Below are positions 39,427 through 52,222 of a DNA stretch of 64,000 nt, in pieces. The DNA comes from Eledone cirrhosa (taxonomy: Eukaryota), in NCBI GenBank assembly GCA_964016885.1, contig OZ024753.1:9238001-9302000 (forward strand). Reading direction: 5' to 3'. Under the pieces are notes generated by a model. It saw only the letters and a program-made list of their open reading frames with translations, did not search any database and had not been told where the DNA came from. Every line of letters begins with the position of its first letter. Position 1 is the stretch's first letter. The position numbers and the translations under genes are program-made.

Positions 39427-39840
39427 TGTAGCGGTTGTCTCCCTTGTTTTGATTGGGATCTAGACGGGAGGTGGAACCCTTTCTGCGACTTCCGGTCAGA
39501 GCCCTATAAAACTAACAACTTTAAGCTTCCTCTCTCTCTTTGCCTTTTTGGCACCTGGTCAAGAGCCTCACATTTGGCTCTGCCATTAATTTGGCCAACA
39601 GGCGCCTGGCCTTAGCCAGGCGCCCTCTGCCAGCCGCGTTTGCCTGGCAATCAAAACGGTAACTACTAACTTTGTTTCATTCTAACATCTATCTTTGACA
39701 TGTCAAGTATACTATCTACCGTTAATTAAATATTATACACACAAACCATGTCTCGTTTTGTTACAATCATACAACCTCAATAAGCTCGCTATAGGCTCAT
39801 TATACTATATACATTCAAGGACAGGACAACCTCCCTAACA
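39427..39840 (+). mobile_element. 5' LTR (~414 bp) followed by a tRNA primer-binding site
   Basis: TGTAGCGGTTGTC...GACAACCTCCCTAACA imperfect terminal inverted repeat; TATAAAA at ~39504; followed by T-TGGTGGTCTACGTG. Confidence 0.75.
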
Positions 39841-40672
39841 TTGGTGGTCTACGTGATAAATATACCTAGTACCTGCTGTAAAGGACATGACAACCTCCCT
39901 AACATTGGTGGTCTACATGATAAATATACCCACTACCTGCTGTAAAGGACATGACAACCTCCCTAACATTGGTGGTCTACGTGATAAATATACCTAGTAC
40001 CTGCTGTAAAGGAGATGACAACCTCCCTAACATTGGTGGTCTACATGATAAATATACCCACTACCTGCTGTAAAGGACATGACAACCTCCCTAACATTGG
40101 TGGTCTACGTGATAAACATACCTAGTACCTGCTGTAAAGGACATGACAACCTCCCTAACATTGGTGGTCTACATGATAAATATACCTAATACCTGCTGTA
40201 AAGGACATGACAACCTCCCTAACATTGGTGGTCTACATGATAAATATACCCACTACCTGCTGTAAAGGACATGACAACCTCCCTAACATTGGTGGTCTAC
40301 ATGATAAATATACCCACTACCTGCTGTAAAGGACATGACAACCTCCCTAACATTGGTGGTCTACATGATAAATATACCTAGTACCTGCTGTAAAGGACAT
40401 GACAACCTCCCTAACATTGGTGGTCTACATGATAAATATACCCACTACCTGCTGTAAAGGACATGACAACCTCCCTAACATTGGTGGTCTACATGATAAA
40501 TATACCCACTACCTGCTGTAAAGGAGATGACAACCTCCCTAACATTGGTGGTCTACATGATAAATATACCCACTACCTGCTGTAAAGGAGATGACAACCT
40601 CCCTAACATTGGTGGTCTACATGATAAATATACCCAGTACCTGCTGTAAAGGACATGACAACCTCCCTAACA
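39841..40672 (+). repeat. 64-bp minisatellite (13 full units) of PBS, SINE-tail piece and LTR 3' end
   Basis: ttggtggtctacatgataaatatacccactacctgctgtaaaggacatgacaacctccctaaca with exact 64-bp period. Confidence 0.95.
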
Positions 40673-40938
40673 TTGGTGATCTATATAAGTGCACCCAGTA
40701 CCTGCTGTAAAGTGACTGGTGTTAGGAAGGGCATCCAACCTTAGAAAGCTTGCCAAAGAGAGACTTGGGAAGACCCTTTAGTTGTGTCAAGGACGTGACA
40801 ACCTCCCTAACATTGGTGATCTATACAAGTGCACCCAGTACCTGCTGTAAAGTGATTGGTGTTAGGAAGGGCATCCTACCTTAGAAAGCTTACTAAACAA
40901 AAGACTGGGAGGAGTTTCAGTTGTATGAAAGATATTTA

Positions 40939-40994
<56 letters not shown>

Positions 40995-40997
<3 letters not shown>

Positions 40998-41158
40998 GTG
41001 GTTGGTGTTAGGAAGGGCATCCAGCTGTAGAAAACCTGCCAGATAGTCCTATGCGAGCAAGATAACCACTCTTGCCTCAAGTGGGAAAACCCTCCGTCCA
41101 AACCCATGCAAGCGTGGAACACGGACGTTAAACAATGATGATGATGATAATGATGATA
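40995..41158 (+). mobile_element. RTE 3' tail fragment very similar to the young RTE
   Basis: aaacccatgcaagcgtggaacacggacgttaaac matches the reverse complement of ~22205-22240. Confidence 0.9.
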
Positions 41159-41199
41159 TAGATATTTATATATATAGATAGATATTTATATATACACAG

Positions 41200-41270
<71 letters not shown>

Positions 41271-41362
41271 TTTATATATATACAGATAAAACTATCCATA
41301 ATAAGAAGTATTCACAACCTCTAACTGGATTACCTATAACGATATTTTGTTATCCTTTTTAC

Positions 41363-41394
<32 letters not shown>

Positions 41395-41398
<4 letters not shown>

Positions 41399-41573
41399 CA
41401 GATTAAAGTTTAAGCAAAGAATCGCTGCTTTCACCCGAAAGCAGCGATTCTTTGCTTAAACTTTAATCTGTTATTTTAATAAATATTTGCTCTACGGTTC
41501 ATATATATTTGATATATATTTATCCTTATCGAACCCTCTTTGGATTTTAGTTTTCAAATTTATTATTATTACT
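41395..41573 (+). mobile_element. Fold-back hairpin (arms 41395-41432 and 41437-41474) plus a PLE-like 3' end, within (TA)n
   Basis: Perfect palindrome with loop accc; the same 3'-end family occurs at ~26695-26796 (+) and ~29132-29205 (-). Confidence 0.75.
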
Positions 41574-42526
41574 ATATATATATATATATACAGATATTTA
41601 TATATACACAGATATTTATATATATATATATATATATATGACAATTAAAATCAACTTTGGTATTATTTGAACTGAAGACTATAGAGAAGTAACAGATGAG
41701 ACACTACAAGACGTTTTACCTACCACTCTAATAAATCTGTTGATTATATCAACATCTTATTACACAACTAGTAATTCTATTTATTCTCTTTCACAGACAA
41801 AGCTGAAAATAAAGATGAAGAAACAATAAAAAGACTTAAGTTGTTACAGAAAACAACAAAGATTTATTTTATTTTATTTTGTATTCAGATTTCTTTGTTA
41901 TATATTTTTTCATAATTTTAGACCTTTCTTTTCAGTATTCATTTCTGATTTCTTGTTTATAATATATGTAATATTTGTTTACATCCCAAATAAAAGATAT
42001 TGTGTTTCATATGATATTCTATCATCTTTTATTTTCCTCTACACTGCCATAACTAATTTTATGAATATTACTGAAACAATTAACTATTAATGAAAGAAAA
42101 AAAAATCCTTTTTATGTTGTTCTTTTGATTTTGGTTGTCAAAAATACATGAATATTTCTTTCTTAAACGGTCAACAAGATCTCAGACCTCATTTTCTTGC
42201 CGATGTAAACAATGTTTCCATTAGTCTCTCCATTGCTGATACTATCTACAGGTCATAATTGTTTCTACTATTGGCACAAGGCCAGCAAATACCCAGTACA
42301 TTACTGGTACTATCTACAGGTCATAATGTGTGTCAGAAAGAGTAATGTGAAATAAATTGTTTTGCTCAAGGACATAATACATCGCTCAGTCCAGGAATTG
42401 AACTCCCAACCTCACGATTGTGAATCCAATTCTCTAACCACTAAGTCCTACACCTTCACACATGAAAACGGATATTTTTTTAGGTAAAGGGGCAACACCC
42501 AGCAACTTTTACAGGGTTTCTACAAC

Positions 42527-45054
42527 TGTTATGTCCTTATGGATTAACAAATACACTGCAACAGTGTAATAACAATATAATCGAAACAAACGGCAATACC
42601 ACGTGTAATGGAACAATAATCTTTTAAGGACCAACAATGCAACACATTAACTTGAACTGTGAACTTGAACACCAGCTTTGACTATCAACACACCAACTGT
42701 GGACCTAGTACCAACTTTGACTATCAACAGACGACCTGTGGAACTAGTACCACCTTTGACTATCAACACACAAACTGTGGAACTAGTACCAACATTGACT
42801 ATCAACAGATGAACTGTGGAACTAGTACCAACTTTGACTATCAACACACGACTGTGGAACTAGTACCAACTTTGACTATCAACACACGGACTGTGAAACT
42901 AGTACCAACTTTGACTATCAACAGATGGACTGTGGAACTAGTACCAACTTTGACTATCAACACATGGACTGTGGAACTAGTACCAACTTTGACTATCAAC
43001 ACACGGACTGTGAAACTAGTACCAACTTTGACTATCAATACAAAGACTGTGGAACTAGTACCAACTTTGACTATCAACACAAACTGTGGAACTAGTACCA
43101 ACTTTGACTATCAACACACGACTGTGGAACTAGTACCAACTTTGACTATCAACACACGACTGTGGAACTAGTACCAACTTTGACTATCAACACACGGACT
43201 GTGAAACTAGTACCAACTTTGACTATCAACAGATGGACTGTGGAACTAGTACCAACTTTGACTATCAACACACGGACTGTGGAACTAGTACCAACTTTGA
43301 CTATCAACAGATGGACTGTGGAACTAGTACCAACTTTGACTATCAACACATGAACTGTGGAACTAGTACCAACTTTGACTATCAACACATGAACTGTGGA
43401 ACTAGTACCAACTTTGACTATCAACACATGAACTGTGGAACTAGTACCAACTTTGACTATCAACACACCAACTGTGGAACTAGTACCAGCTTTGACTATC
43501 AACACACGGACTGTGGAACTAGTACCAACTTTGACTATCAACACACGGACTGTGGAACTAGTACCAACTTTGACTATCAACAGATGGACTGTGGAACTAG
43601 TACCAACTTTGACTATCAACACATGGACTGTGGAACTAGTACCAACTTTGACTATCAACAGACGCACTGTGGAACTAGTACCAACTTTGACTATCAACAC
43701 ACGAACTGTGGAACTAGTACCAGCTTTGACTATCAACACACGGACTGTGGAACTAGTACCAGCTTTGACTATCAACACACGGACTGTGGAACTAGTACCA
43801 ACTTTGACTATCAACACACGAACTGTGGAACTAGTACCAACATTGACTATCAACATACAAACTGTGGAACTAGTACCAGCTTTGACTATCAACACACGAA
43901 CTGTGGAACTAGTACCAACCTTGACTATCAACAGACGCACTGTGGAACTAGTACCAACTTTGACTATCAACATACAAACTGTGGAACTAGTACCAACTTT
44001 GACTATCAACACACGGACTGTGGAACTAGTACCAGCTTTGACTATCATCACACCAACTGTGGAACTAGTACCAGCTTTGACTATCATCACACCAACTGTG
44101 GAACTAGTACCAACTTTGACTATCAACACATGAACTGTTGAACTAGTACCAACTTTGACTATCAACACATGAACTGTTGAACTAGTACCACCTTTGACTA
44201 TCAACAGATGAACTGTGGAACTAGTACCAACTTTGACTATCAACACACCAACTGTGGAACTAGTACCAGCTTTGACTATCAACACACGGACTGTGGAACT
44301 AGTACCAACTTTGACTATCAACACACGAACTGTGGAACTAGTACCACCTTTGACTATCAACACATGAACTGTGGAACTAGTACCAACTTTGACTATCAAC
44401 ACATGAACTGTGGAACTAGTACCAACATTGACTATCAACACACGGACTGTGGAACTAGTACCAACTTTGACTATCAACACAGTAACTGTGGAACTAGTAC
44501 CAACTTTGACTATCAACACACCAACTGTGGAACTAGTACCAACTTTGACTATCAACACACCAACTGTGGAACTAGTACCAACTTTGACTATCAACACATG
44601 GACTGTGGAACTAGTACCAACTTTGACTATCAACACACAAACTGTGGAACTAGTACCAACTTTGACTATCAACACATGAACTGTGAACTAGTACCAACTT
44701 TGACTATCAACACATGGACTGTGGAACTAGTACCAACTTTGACTATCAACACACAAACTGTGGAACTAGTACCAACTTTGACTATCAACACATGAACTGT
44801 GAACTAGTACCAACTTTGACTATCAACACATGGACTGTGGAACTAGTACCAACTTTGACTATCAACACATGAACTGTGGAACTAGTACCAACTTTGACTA
44901 CCAACACACGAACTGTGGAACTAGTACCAACTTTGAATATCAACACACGGACTGTGGAACTAGTACCAACCTCTTCACTTACTCAGGCCGCTACTATTTA
45001 TATGTAGTGGTCCAGCCCATTCTCGCCAGGGAGACGTCGTACTCTTGCACAACA
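42527..45054 (-). mobile_element. Solo LTR enlarged by an internal 39-bp array
   Basis: TGTTATG...CACAACA termini; 5-bp TSD acaac/acgac; minus-strand TATAAATA about 50 bp from the LTR start. Confidence 0.7.
42655..44971. repeat. 39-bp minisatellite (~59 copies) with a variable ~5-nt slot
   Basis: actgtggaactagtaccaactttgactatcaaca followed by cacgg/gatgg/catga/cacca/gacgc/cacaa/tacaa. Confidence 0.97.
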
Positions 45055-45315
45055 ACGACAGTTTCCGTATGAGCAAGACAAGGTCACTCGACCTGGCACT
45101 GCCCACAACAGGACAAGCCGTCCAACCTATGCTAGCGTGGAAGAAAGGACGTAAAGCGGTGATGATGATGATATATGTATGTATATGTATGTATATGCAT
45201 ATATCTATATGCACATTTATATGTATGTATATGTAAATATATGTATGTATATGCGTACGTATACGTATGTATATATATATATATACATATATATACATAC
45301 ATATATATACATATA

Positions 45316-46543
45316 TTGTTCTTCTTTTTGGTAAATATCATCTTAAGAGAGTGGGACTGGCTTTGTGCAGTGCCTTTGCTCACTATAAAAGCTTCACGGC
45401 ACAGGCATTGCTTTATATCTGGAGATCTCTCTGCACTTGTCGTCACATGGTAGCATGGGCCCAGCACTATGTGTCAATAATTGTCAGAAGTGTAGTGTTT
45501 GTACCAGAGTTTTCAAGTCGCTGGCTGGACTAAAGAGTCACACTTGTTCAGCGCATCGGTAGGGCTTCTCCTACATGGATATAAAGTAGTGGTCGTACTC
45601 GAAAACGAGTTGGCAGCCACCATCTCCGCTGAAAGTTTTCATGAAATAGTCTTACGACTATACAGAGCATTTGAAGTTTTTCCAAATTGCAGGATAGGTA
45701 TCTTGAACTTTATTTTATCATGAGTTAAGGCTCTATTGATTTTTCCCTGGATTTCACTAAATTCTGTGGATGAATTTATATCCTGATTCTCTTTAAGATG
45801 AGTTTAAATTATTTTTCCCACATCTTACGTTAACAATTTTTCCCATTTTGACGCTATAGTCACTTATATACTATGGAATGCTGTTCGCTTTTCGCTGCAG
45901 TGTTTTCTATACCTTTCAATTATATATTTATACTCGGATTTTTCCTCGAGTGCTTAAATTATTTGTGACTAATCCCGTTTTTTTTATAAAAAACTGCGAT
46001 AATATTGCATTTTGCTGAACTCCTTACTGTAGAGTTTTTTTTGGAATGTTTTTGACTGTTGTTTCTTGTAAACAAACTTTCGTCTCATTCTGACGTCAAT
46101 AGCCATTTTTTCCTCGTGTGCGTTTTTCGTGATCACGCATGATGTTGGACTGGCCAGCTTTAGAATTCCCTTTTTGGTATATTAATCTGCGAGAATCCTG
46201 GTTATCGAGTTGAGCTCTGCTGATGATGAACTCCAACCGTGACCATCTCCGCTGAAAGTTTTCATGAAATAGTCTTACGACTATACAGAGCATTTGAAGT
46301 ATTTCCAAATTGCAGGATAGGTATCTTGAACTTTATTTTATCAGGAGTTAAGTCTCTATTGATTTTTCCCTGGATTTCACTAAATTCTGTGGATGAATTT
46401 ATATCCTGATTCTCTTTAGGATGAGTTTAAATTATTTTTCCCACATCTTACGTTAAATATTTTTCCCATTTTGACGCTATAGTCACTTATATACTATGGA
46501 ATGCTGTTCGCTTTTTGCTGTAGTGTTTTCTATACCTTTCATT
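45316..46543. mobile_element. Unclassified insert between (TA)n tracts with ~300-bp direct repeats (~45620-45918 and ~46243-46541)
   Basis: Direct repeat visible; parts are homologous in reverse orientation to 21100-21245. Confidence 0.65.
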
Positions 46544-46574
<31 letters not shown>

Positions 46575-46581
46575 ACATATA

Positions 46582-46624
<43 letters not shown>

Positions 46625-46808
46625 GTATGCATGTGTATGTATGTATATACAGATATATATACATAAACATATATATATATATTTATATATACACACATTT
46701 ATATATTTGTTCTGTATATATGTACAAAATACTGGTTGTTTCTCAATTGATTTCTCATGTTGTATATCATTAATAATTATATATACATATACATATACAT
46801 ATGTATAT

Positions 46809-47138
46809 GGAGGCACATGGCTTAGTGGTTAGAGCATTGGCCTTGCAATCGAAAGGTTGTGAGTTCAATTCTCAGACCGGGTGATGTGTTGTTTCCTTGA
46901 GCAAGACACTTTATTTCACATTGCTCCAGTTTACTCAGCTGTAGAATTGAGATGCGGTCCATATCAAACTGCAAAGTGGTCGTGTAGGTGCCATGGCAAA
47001 AACTTCCAGCACATCACTGTAAATGAAGTTGGCGTTAGGAAGGGCATCCAGCTGTAGAAATCTAGCCAGAATTAGTTCCCGTCCCACCCCTGCAAGCAGG
47101 GAAAAGCGGACGTAAAATGATGATGATGATGATGATGA
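46809..47138 (+). mobile_element. SINE family A (short tail)
   Basis: Head, CORE and tail as above. Confidence 0.9.
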
Positions 47139-47842
47139 TATATATGCTGTTTTTTGTTGATATTTTTTTGTTTTCACTCTTATTTCTTCTAATTTGCATT
47201 GCTGTGGCTTTCTTAATCACTTCTAATAATTAAAAAATATAATTTATTAGGAATAAACTGCATAAGCTACTATCTCAAGCATTAATCTCTATAAATATAT
47301 TTTTACCAAGGTTTCGTTTTAATTCTCAACTATAACTAAAGAAACATGTTGAACATGAGAAATAAATTGAATAAGTTAAAGGACATTTAAATTATATTTA
47401 TTTAACCATTTAAATTATATTTATTTATTTAAACATTTATTAATTTGTCTATTTCTTGATTTATTAAAGGCAGCACTCTCTTCATACACAAATAGAAAAA
47501 TAGGAATTTTGTGAATTTATTTTCATTTGAAAAACATTCAAGAACTTTATTCTTGGAGGCTAAATCCCTCATTTTAATTCCTAAATTAAATTTTATTCTG
47601 AAATATTCACTTCTGTTTACACTTAATTGTTATTGTGAGGATGATTTCTTAGCAAAATCAGTAGAGCATCAAAGGAAATACAGTGCACTGTTGCTGTTGT
47701 TTAAACTGTATTTTATCATGGCACTAACACTAATGACCCTAGTATAACTAATGACCCTAGTATAACTTAACCTGACCCTAGTATAACTTAAGATCATCCA
47801 TTCCTGTACGAACATCAAGACATCATCATTATCATGGTGGAT

Positions 47843-48180
47843 TAGTGAGTTGGCAGTATCGGTAGAGGGTCGGACGCCATGCTTTGACGCATAGAGTTAC
47901 GGCCATTGCCATTCTGAGTTCAAATCCCGCTGAGGTTAACTTTGCCTTTCATCCTGACGGGGTCGATAAAATAAAGTACCAGTAATACACTGGGAAATTG
48001 CTGGCCTTGTGCCAAAAGTAGAAACAATTATCATGGTGGATTGGCAGTATCAGTAGAGCATCAGACGCCATGCTTTGCCGCACAGAGTTATGGCCCTTTA
48101 CGTTCTAAGTTCAAATCCCTTACAAGGTCGATAAAATAAAGCACCAGTAATACACTGGGGTCAATTTAATCGACTTTCCC
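47843..48180 (+). mobile_element. Two tandem/nested SINE family B copies
   Basis: ttatcatggtggatt duplicated at ~47829 and ~48028. Confidence 0.8.
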
Positions 48181-49409
48181 TTTAAACCGGCCATAACTGG
48201 GCAGAATTCTCTCACCTCTTTCTGTTCAAACCGGCTGTAACCCTTTAATGTTCAAACCGGCCAAAACCGACCAGAATTCTCTACCTTTTTCTGTTGAAAC
48301 TGGCTCTAACTGGTCACTCAAATTGATGTTAAGGTATTGTTGTCAAAATAAATACTTTCAAAATCTCATAGATTCGATATTATGTGAGATAATTATGTGA
48401 GGTAAAGCCTTTATCATGAAAACATAATAGTATATATATAGAGTAATGTGAATGCTAAATGGTTAACTAATCGAAATATTTCATTAGAAATATGATCATA
48501 AAAGGGTTAGACTTGGAACTATTTAATGCATGATCATATAAGTCATCGTTAAAGATCTTGACACTAATGATATCAACAATAATTTTCGTCATAAAGTCTG
48601 AAATAAGGAAGTTGTGTTTTTTTACTTCAATTTATAACTTGTTGAGCAAATAAACTTCATAGATATCTTAACACCATTACTGTTTTACTGATTCTTTAAC
48701 CTTTTAGCATTCACATTACTCTATATATACTATTATATTTTCATGGTAAAGGCTTTACCTCACATAATTATCTCACATAATATCGAATCTATGATAATTT
48801 GAAAGTATTTATTTTCAACAGAAAGAGGTAGAGAATTGTGGCCGGTTTTGGCCAATTTGAACATTAAAGGGTTAACATTACTACATTTAATATTTAGAAC
48901 GTTGGATAGAATGCTTTGTGGTATTTGTTCTGCCTTTTTGCTCTTGGAGTTCAAATCCCGCTGAGGACAAATTTGTCTTTCATACTTTTGAGGTTGATAA
49001 AAAAAAGTACCAGTCTAGTACTGGGGTCAATTCTTCCTCTATATCTCTTGCTCAATTCTTCTGTCACTTTTTATCCTTCTCTGAGAGAAATCTGCTGTAT
49101 TTGGGACTGGAGAGGGATGGGCTCTGCCAGGTTTAAAATGCCCAAGAAATGCCATATGTCACTACAGTACCCTTACAACTGCATCAGGAGTTACAGGACC
49201 ATATCACACTATATAGTATATAGGTATATGCTATAGAGGTACATACCTCTTCCATTACACTCCCTTTTGCTATCTTTTCACCCTAGTCACTCTGTTTCAT
49301 CCAACATGCTCTCACTGTCTTAACCCTAACCTTAATCAACACAACCTAATTCTGCTTTAGTCATTGGTTTCTGTTCCCTGTTCTCTCATCTCTCTTTTAT
49401 TTACCCAGT

Positions 49410-49639
49410 TTAACCCTTTAGCATTCACATTACTCTATATTTACAATATTATATTTTCGCAGTAAAGGCTTAACCTCTCATAATTATCTCACATAATATC
49501 GAATCTATGAGATTTTTATATTATTTATTTTGAGAACAATACCTTATCATCAGTATGAGCAGCCAGTTATGGCTAGTTTGAACAGAAAGAGGTGAGAGGA
49601 TTCTGCCGGATACAGCCAGTTTAAATGCTACAGGTTTAA
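49410..49639 (+). mobile_element. piggyBac-like MITE (further copies at ~48180-48465, ~48696-48875, ~57918-58135, ~62045-62248, ~62590-62788)
   Basis: Starts TTAA-CCCTTTAGCATT; shared ~220-bp interior. Confidence 0.8.
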
Positions 49640-49929
49640 ACGAACACAAACAACATTGTATAGTAAGTATTTTTCAGTCTTCTATGATAAAAGAGCTTCA
49701 CTAGTACTGATATTTTAACAAAATACACCCAGTACACTTTATAAATTGAGCAGGATTAGAAACAGCTTCTAGACTTAGTATGGTACGGTATGGACCCATA
49801 ACTCCTGAGGGTTTCGTAGGAGACCCATATTGATATACAGCATTTCTAGGGCATTTTTTTAAACCTGCCAGAGCCCATCTCCTCTCCAAGACTGAATACA
49901 GTCATCTCTTCCTGAGAGGCACCTCTTAA

Positions 49930-50312
49930 CCAAATATACACCCCAATCCACTACCCCTACCCTATCCTCCCACTCCCACCAACACCACCCTTTCTCTGTA
50001 AAGTTGGTACCACAACATCCAGTCCATATAAATGAGATAATGAGATCGAGATCGTGTAGGTGTCACGGCACAAAGAACACAGTCCACGCTGTAATGTGGC
50101 CGTGTAGGTAACACGGTAAAAAGTTCCCAGTTCCACATTGTAAATGTGGTTGGTGTTAGGAAGGGCATCCAGCCGTAGAAAACCTGCCAGACAGTCCTAT
50201 ACGAGCGAGACACGGTCACCCAACCTTGCCTTGCCTCAAGTGGGACAAATCCCATCTAACCCATGCTAGCGTGGAAGATGGACGTTAAACGAAGATGATG
50301 ATGATGATGATT
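49930..50312 (+). mobile_element. RTE 3'UTR and tail
   Basis: Collinear with the reverse complement of 22203-22530. Confidence 0.85.
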
Positions 50313-50674
50313 GATAGAAAGTAAGAGAAAGAGGAAATAAGAGAAGAGGAAATAAGAAAGAGATATAGAGGAGGAATAGACCCAAGTACTTGACTGGTAC
50401 TTTTCTTTTTAACATGAATGGATGAAAGGCAAATTTGACCTTGCCAGGATTTGAACTCAGGTAGCAGAAATAAATACTACAAAGCATTCTATCTGATGTT
50501 CTAACAACTCTGCTAATTCACCGCCATATTCTAGACATAGAAACTATAACAAATGTAGAATGTACAAACAAGATATGGAGCTGAAAGACATCTCTGGTGA
50601 CAGTAACTCAATATAAGAACTAATAGAAACTATGATAACCCATCCTATATACACCAACAGAGAGAGCTGATGTA

Positions 50675-50886
50675 TGGTGGTGGTGGTGGTGATGGTGGTG
50701 GTGGTGGTGGTGGTGGTGGTGATGGTGATGTACGTCAACGATGATGATTGTGATGATGATGATGATGATGATGGTGATGGTGGTGGTGATGGTGGTGGTG
50801 ATATACGTCAACGATGATTGTGATGATGATGATGGTGGTGGTGGTTATTACTATGATGATGATTTTGATGATGATGATGGTGGTGG

Positions 50887-50922
<36 letters not shown>

Positions 50923-51085
50923 TGATGGTGGTGATGGTGGTGATGGTGGCGATGGCGGTGGTGATGATGGTGATGATGATGATGATGATGACAGTGATGA
51001 CGATAATGATGACAATGATGATGATAATGATGATGATTATGATGATGATGGTGATGTTGATGATGGTGATGTTGATGACGACTAT
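50675..51085. repeat. (GAT/GGT)n microsatellite
   Basis: Direct reading. Confidence 0.95.
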
Positions 51086-51496
51086 GACAATATTTCTCTG
51101 ATTGATTTCTCTCAGCCAACTTGCCTAGAACCAACTTACATAACCAACTTCAGGAAGAACCGCACCTTATTTAATGCAGTAAAGCTAATATTCAGTGTTT
51201 CAGTGTTCGATGTCTGCGAGGAGTAGATATTTATAGAATAATTAATGTACTCACTACAGATTCTTAATATGATTTATAAACCCATGTAGCTGACAGTGTG
51301 TTATTTAGCACCTCACATTCCCATGTAGTTAGAATTCCAAGGACAATAAGTCAGAACTGTTTATCTTCCATTTCTTATTGCAAGTGAACTTGAATAGGTC
51401 GAGCTACCCATTATCATTTATCATTTGAATCTTTCAACTAAATATTTCTTTAAATCATCTTATTATATGTAATAGCTGTAGGCAGAAATATATCCT

Positions 51497-51980
51497 CATC
51501 ATCATCACCGTTTTACGTCCGTTCTTCCATGCTAGCATGGGTTAGACGGGTTGTCCTGTTGTGCGCAGTGTCTGGTCGGCTGACCATGCCTTGCTCATAC
51601 AGGAACTGATTTTGGCTTGGTTTCTACAGCTGGATGCCCTTCCTAACACCAACCTCATTTACAGTGAGTGCTGGGTGCTTTTTTCCGTGGCACCTACACG
51701 TCCACTTTACAGATATATATATATATTTCCTTGAGCAAGACACTTTATTTCACATTGCTCCAGTTTACTCAGCTGTAGAAATGAGATGATAGGGACTGGG
51801 GTGCATATCATTCCACTGCAAAGTGGTCGTGGAGGTGCCATGGCAAAAAAGCACCCAGCACTCACTGTAAACGAGGTTAGTGTTAGGAAGGGCATCCAGC
51901 TGTAGAAATCAAGCCAGAATCAGTTCCCGTCCCACCCTTGCAAGCAGGGAAAAGCGGACGTAAAATGATGATGATGATGA
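51497..51980. mobile_element. Head-to-head truncated long-tail fragment (-) and family A SINE (+) separated by (TA)n
   Basis: Both alternative tails visible. Confidence 0.8.
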
Positions 51981-52059
51981 TAACGAGGGAATTGTGGTAA
52001 GGAACCAGGTGGACCATAATGCACCAGAGTACTCAATACTTAGGGTAGTAGAGTGGGTG

Positions 52060-52188
52060 ATAGGAAAAGGTATGACCCCGACGGCAGAGCTCAAGCCGTT
52101 TCGACAGCTATTTCAGGACTCTTCCAGAGTCCTGAAATAGCCATCAAAATGGCTTGAGCTCTGCCATCGGGGTCATACCTTTTCTTAT
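52060..52188. repeat. Fold-back hairpin containing the 3' half of a hammerhead
   Basis: Arms 52060-52121 and 52127-52188; the left arm read on the minus strand gives GUC-GAAA-CGGC(loop)GCCG-UC-GGGGUC. Confidence 0.75.
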
Positions 52189-52222
52189 ATATATATATAT
52201 ATATATGTGTATATATATATAT

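Noticed and set aside
39841-40672. CRISPR-like array
   Set aside because: Whole 64-bp units are repeated; there are no spacers.
42655-44971. CRISPR-like array
   Set aside because: The variable parts are only ~5 nt and recur, there are no unique spacers and no cas genes, and the context is eukaryotic; it is a minisatellite.
50741-51226. Asp-rich acidic biomineral-type protein
   Set aside because: A (GAT)n microsatellite translation with no signal peptide or supported gene structure.
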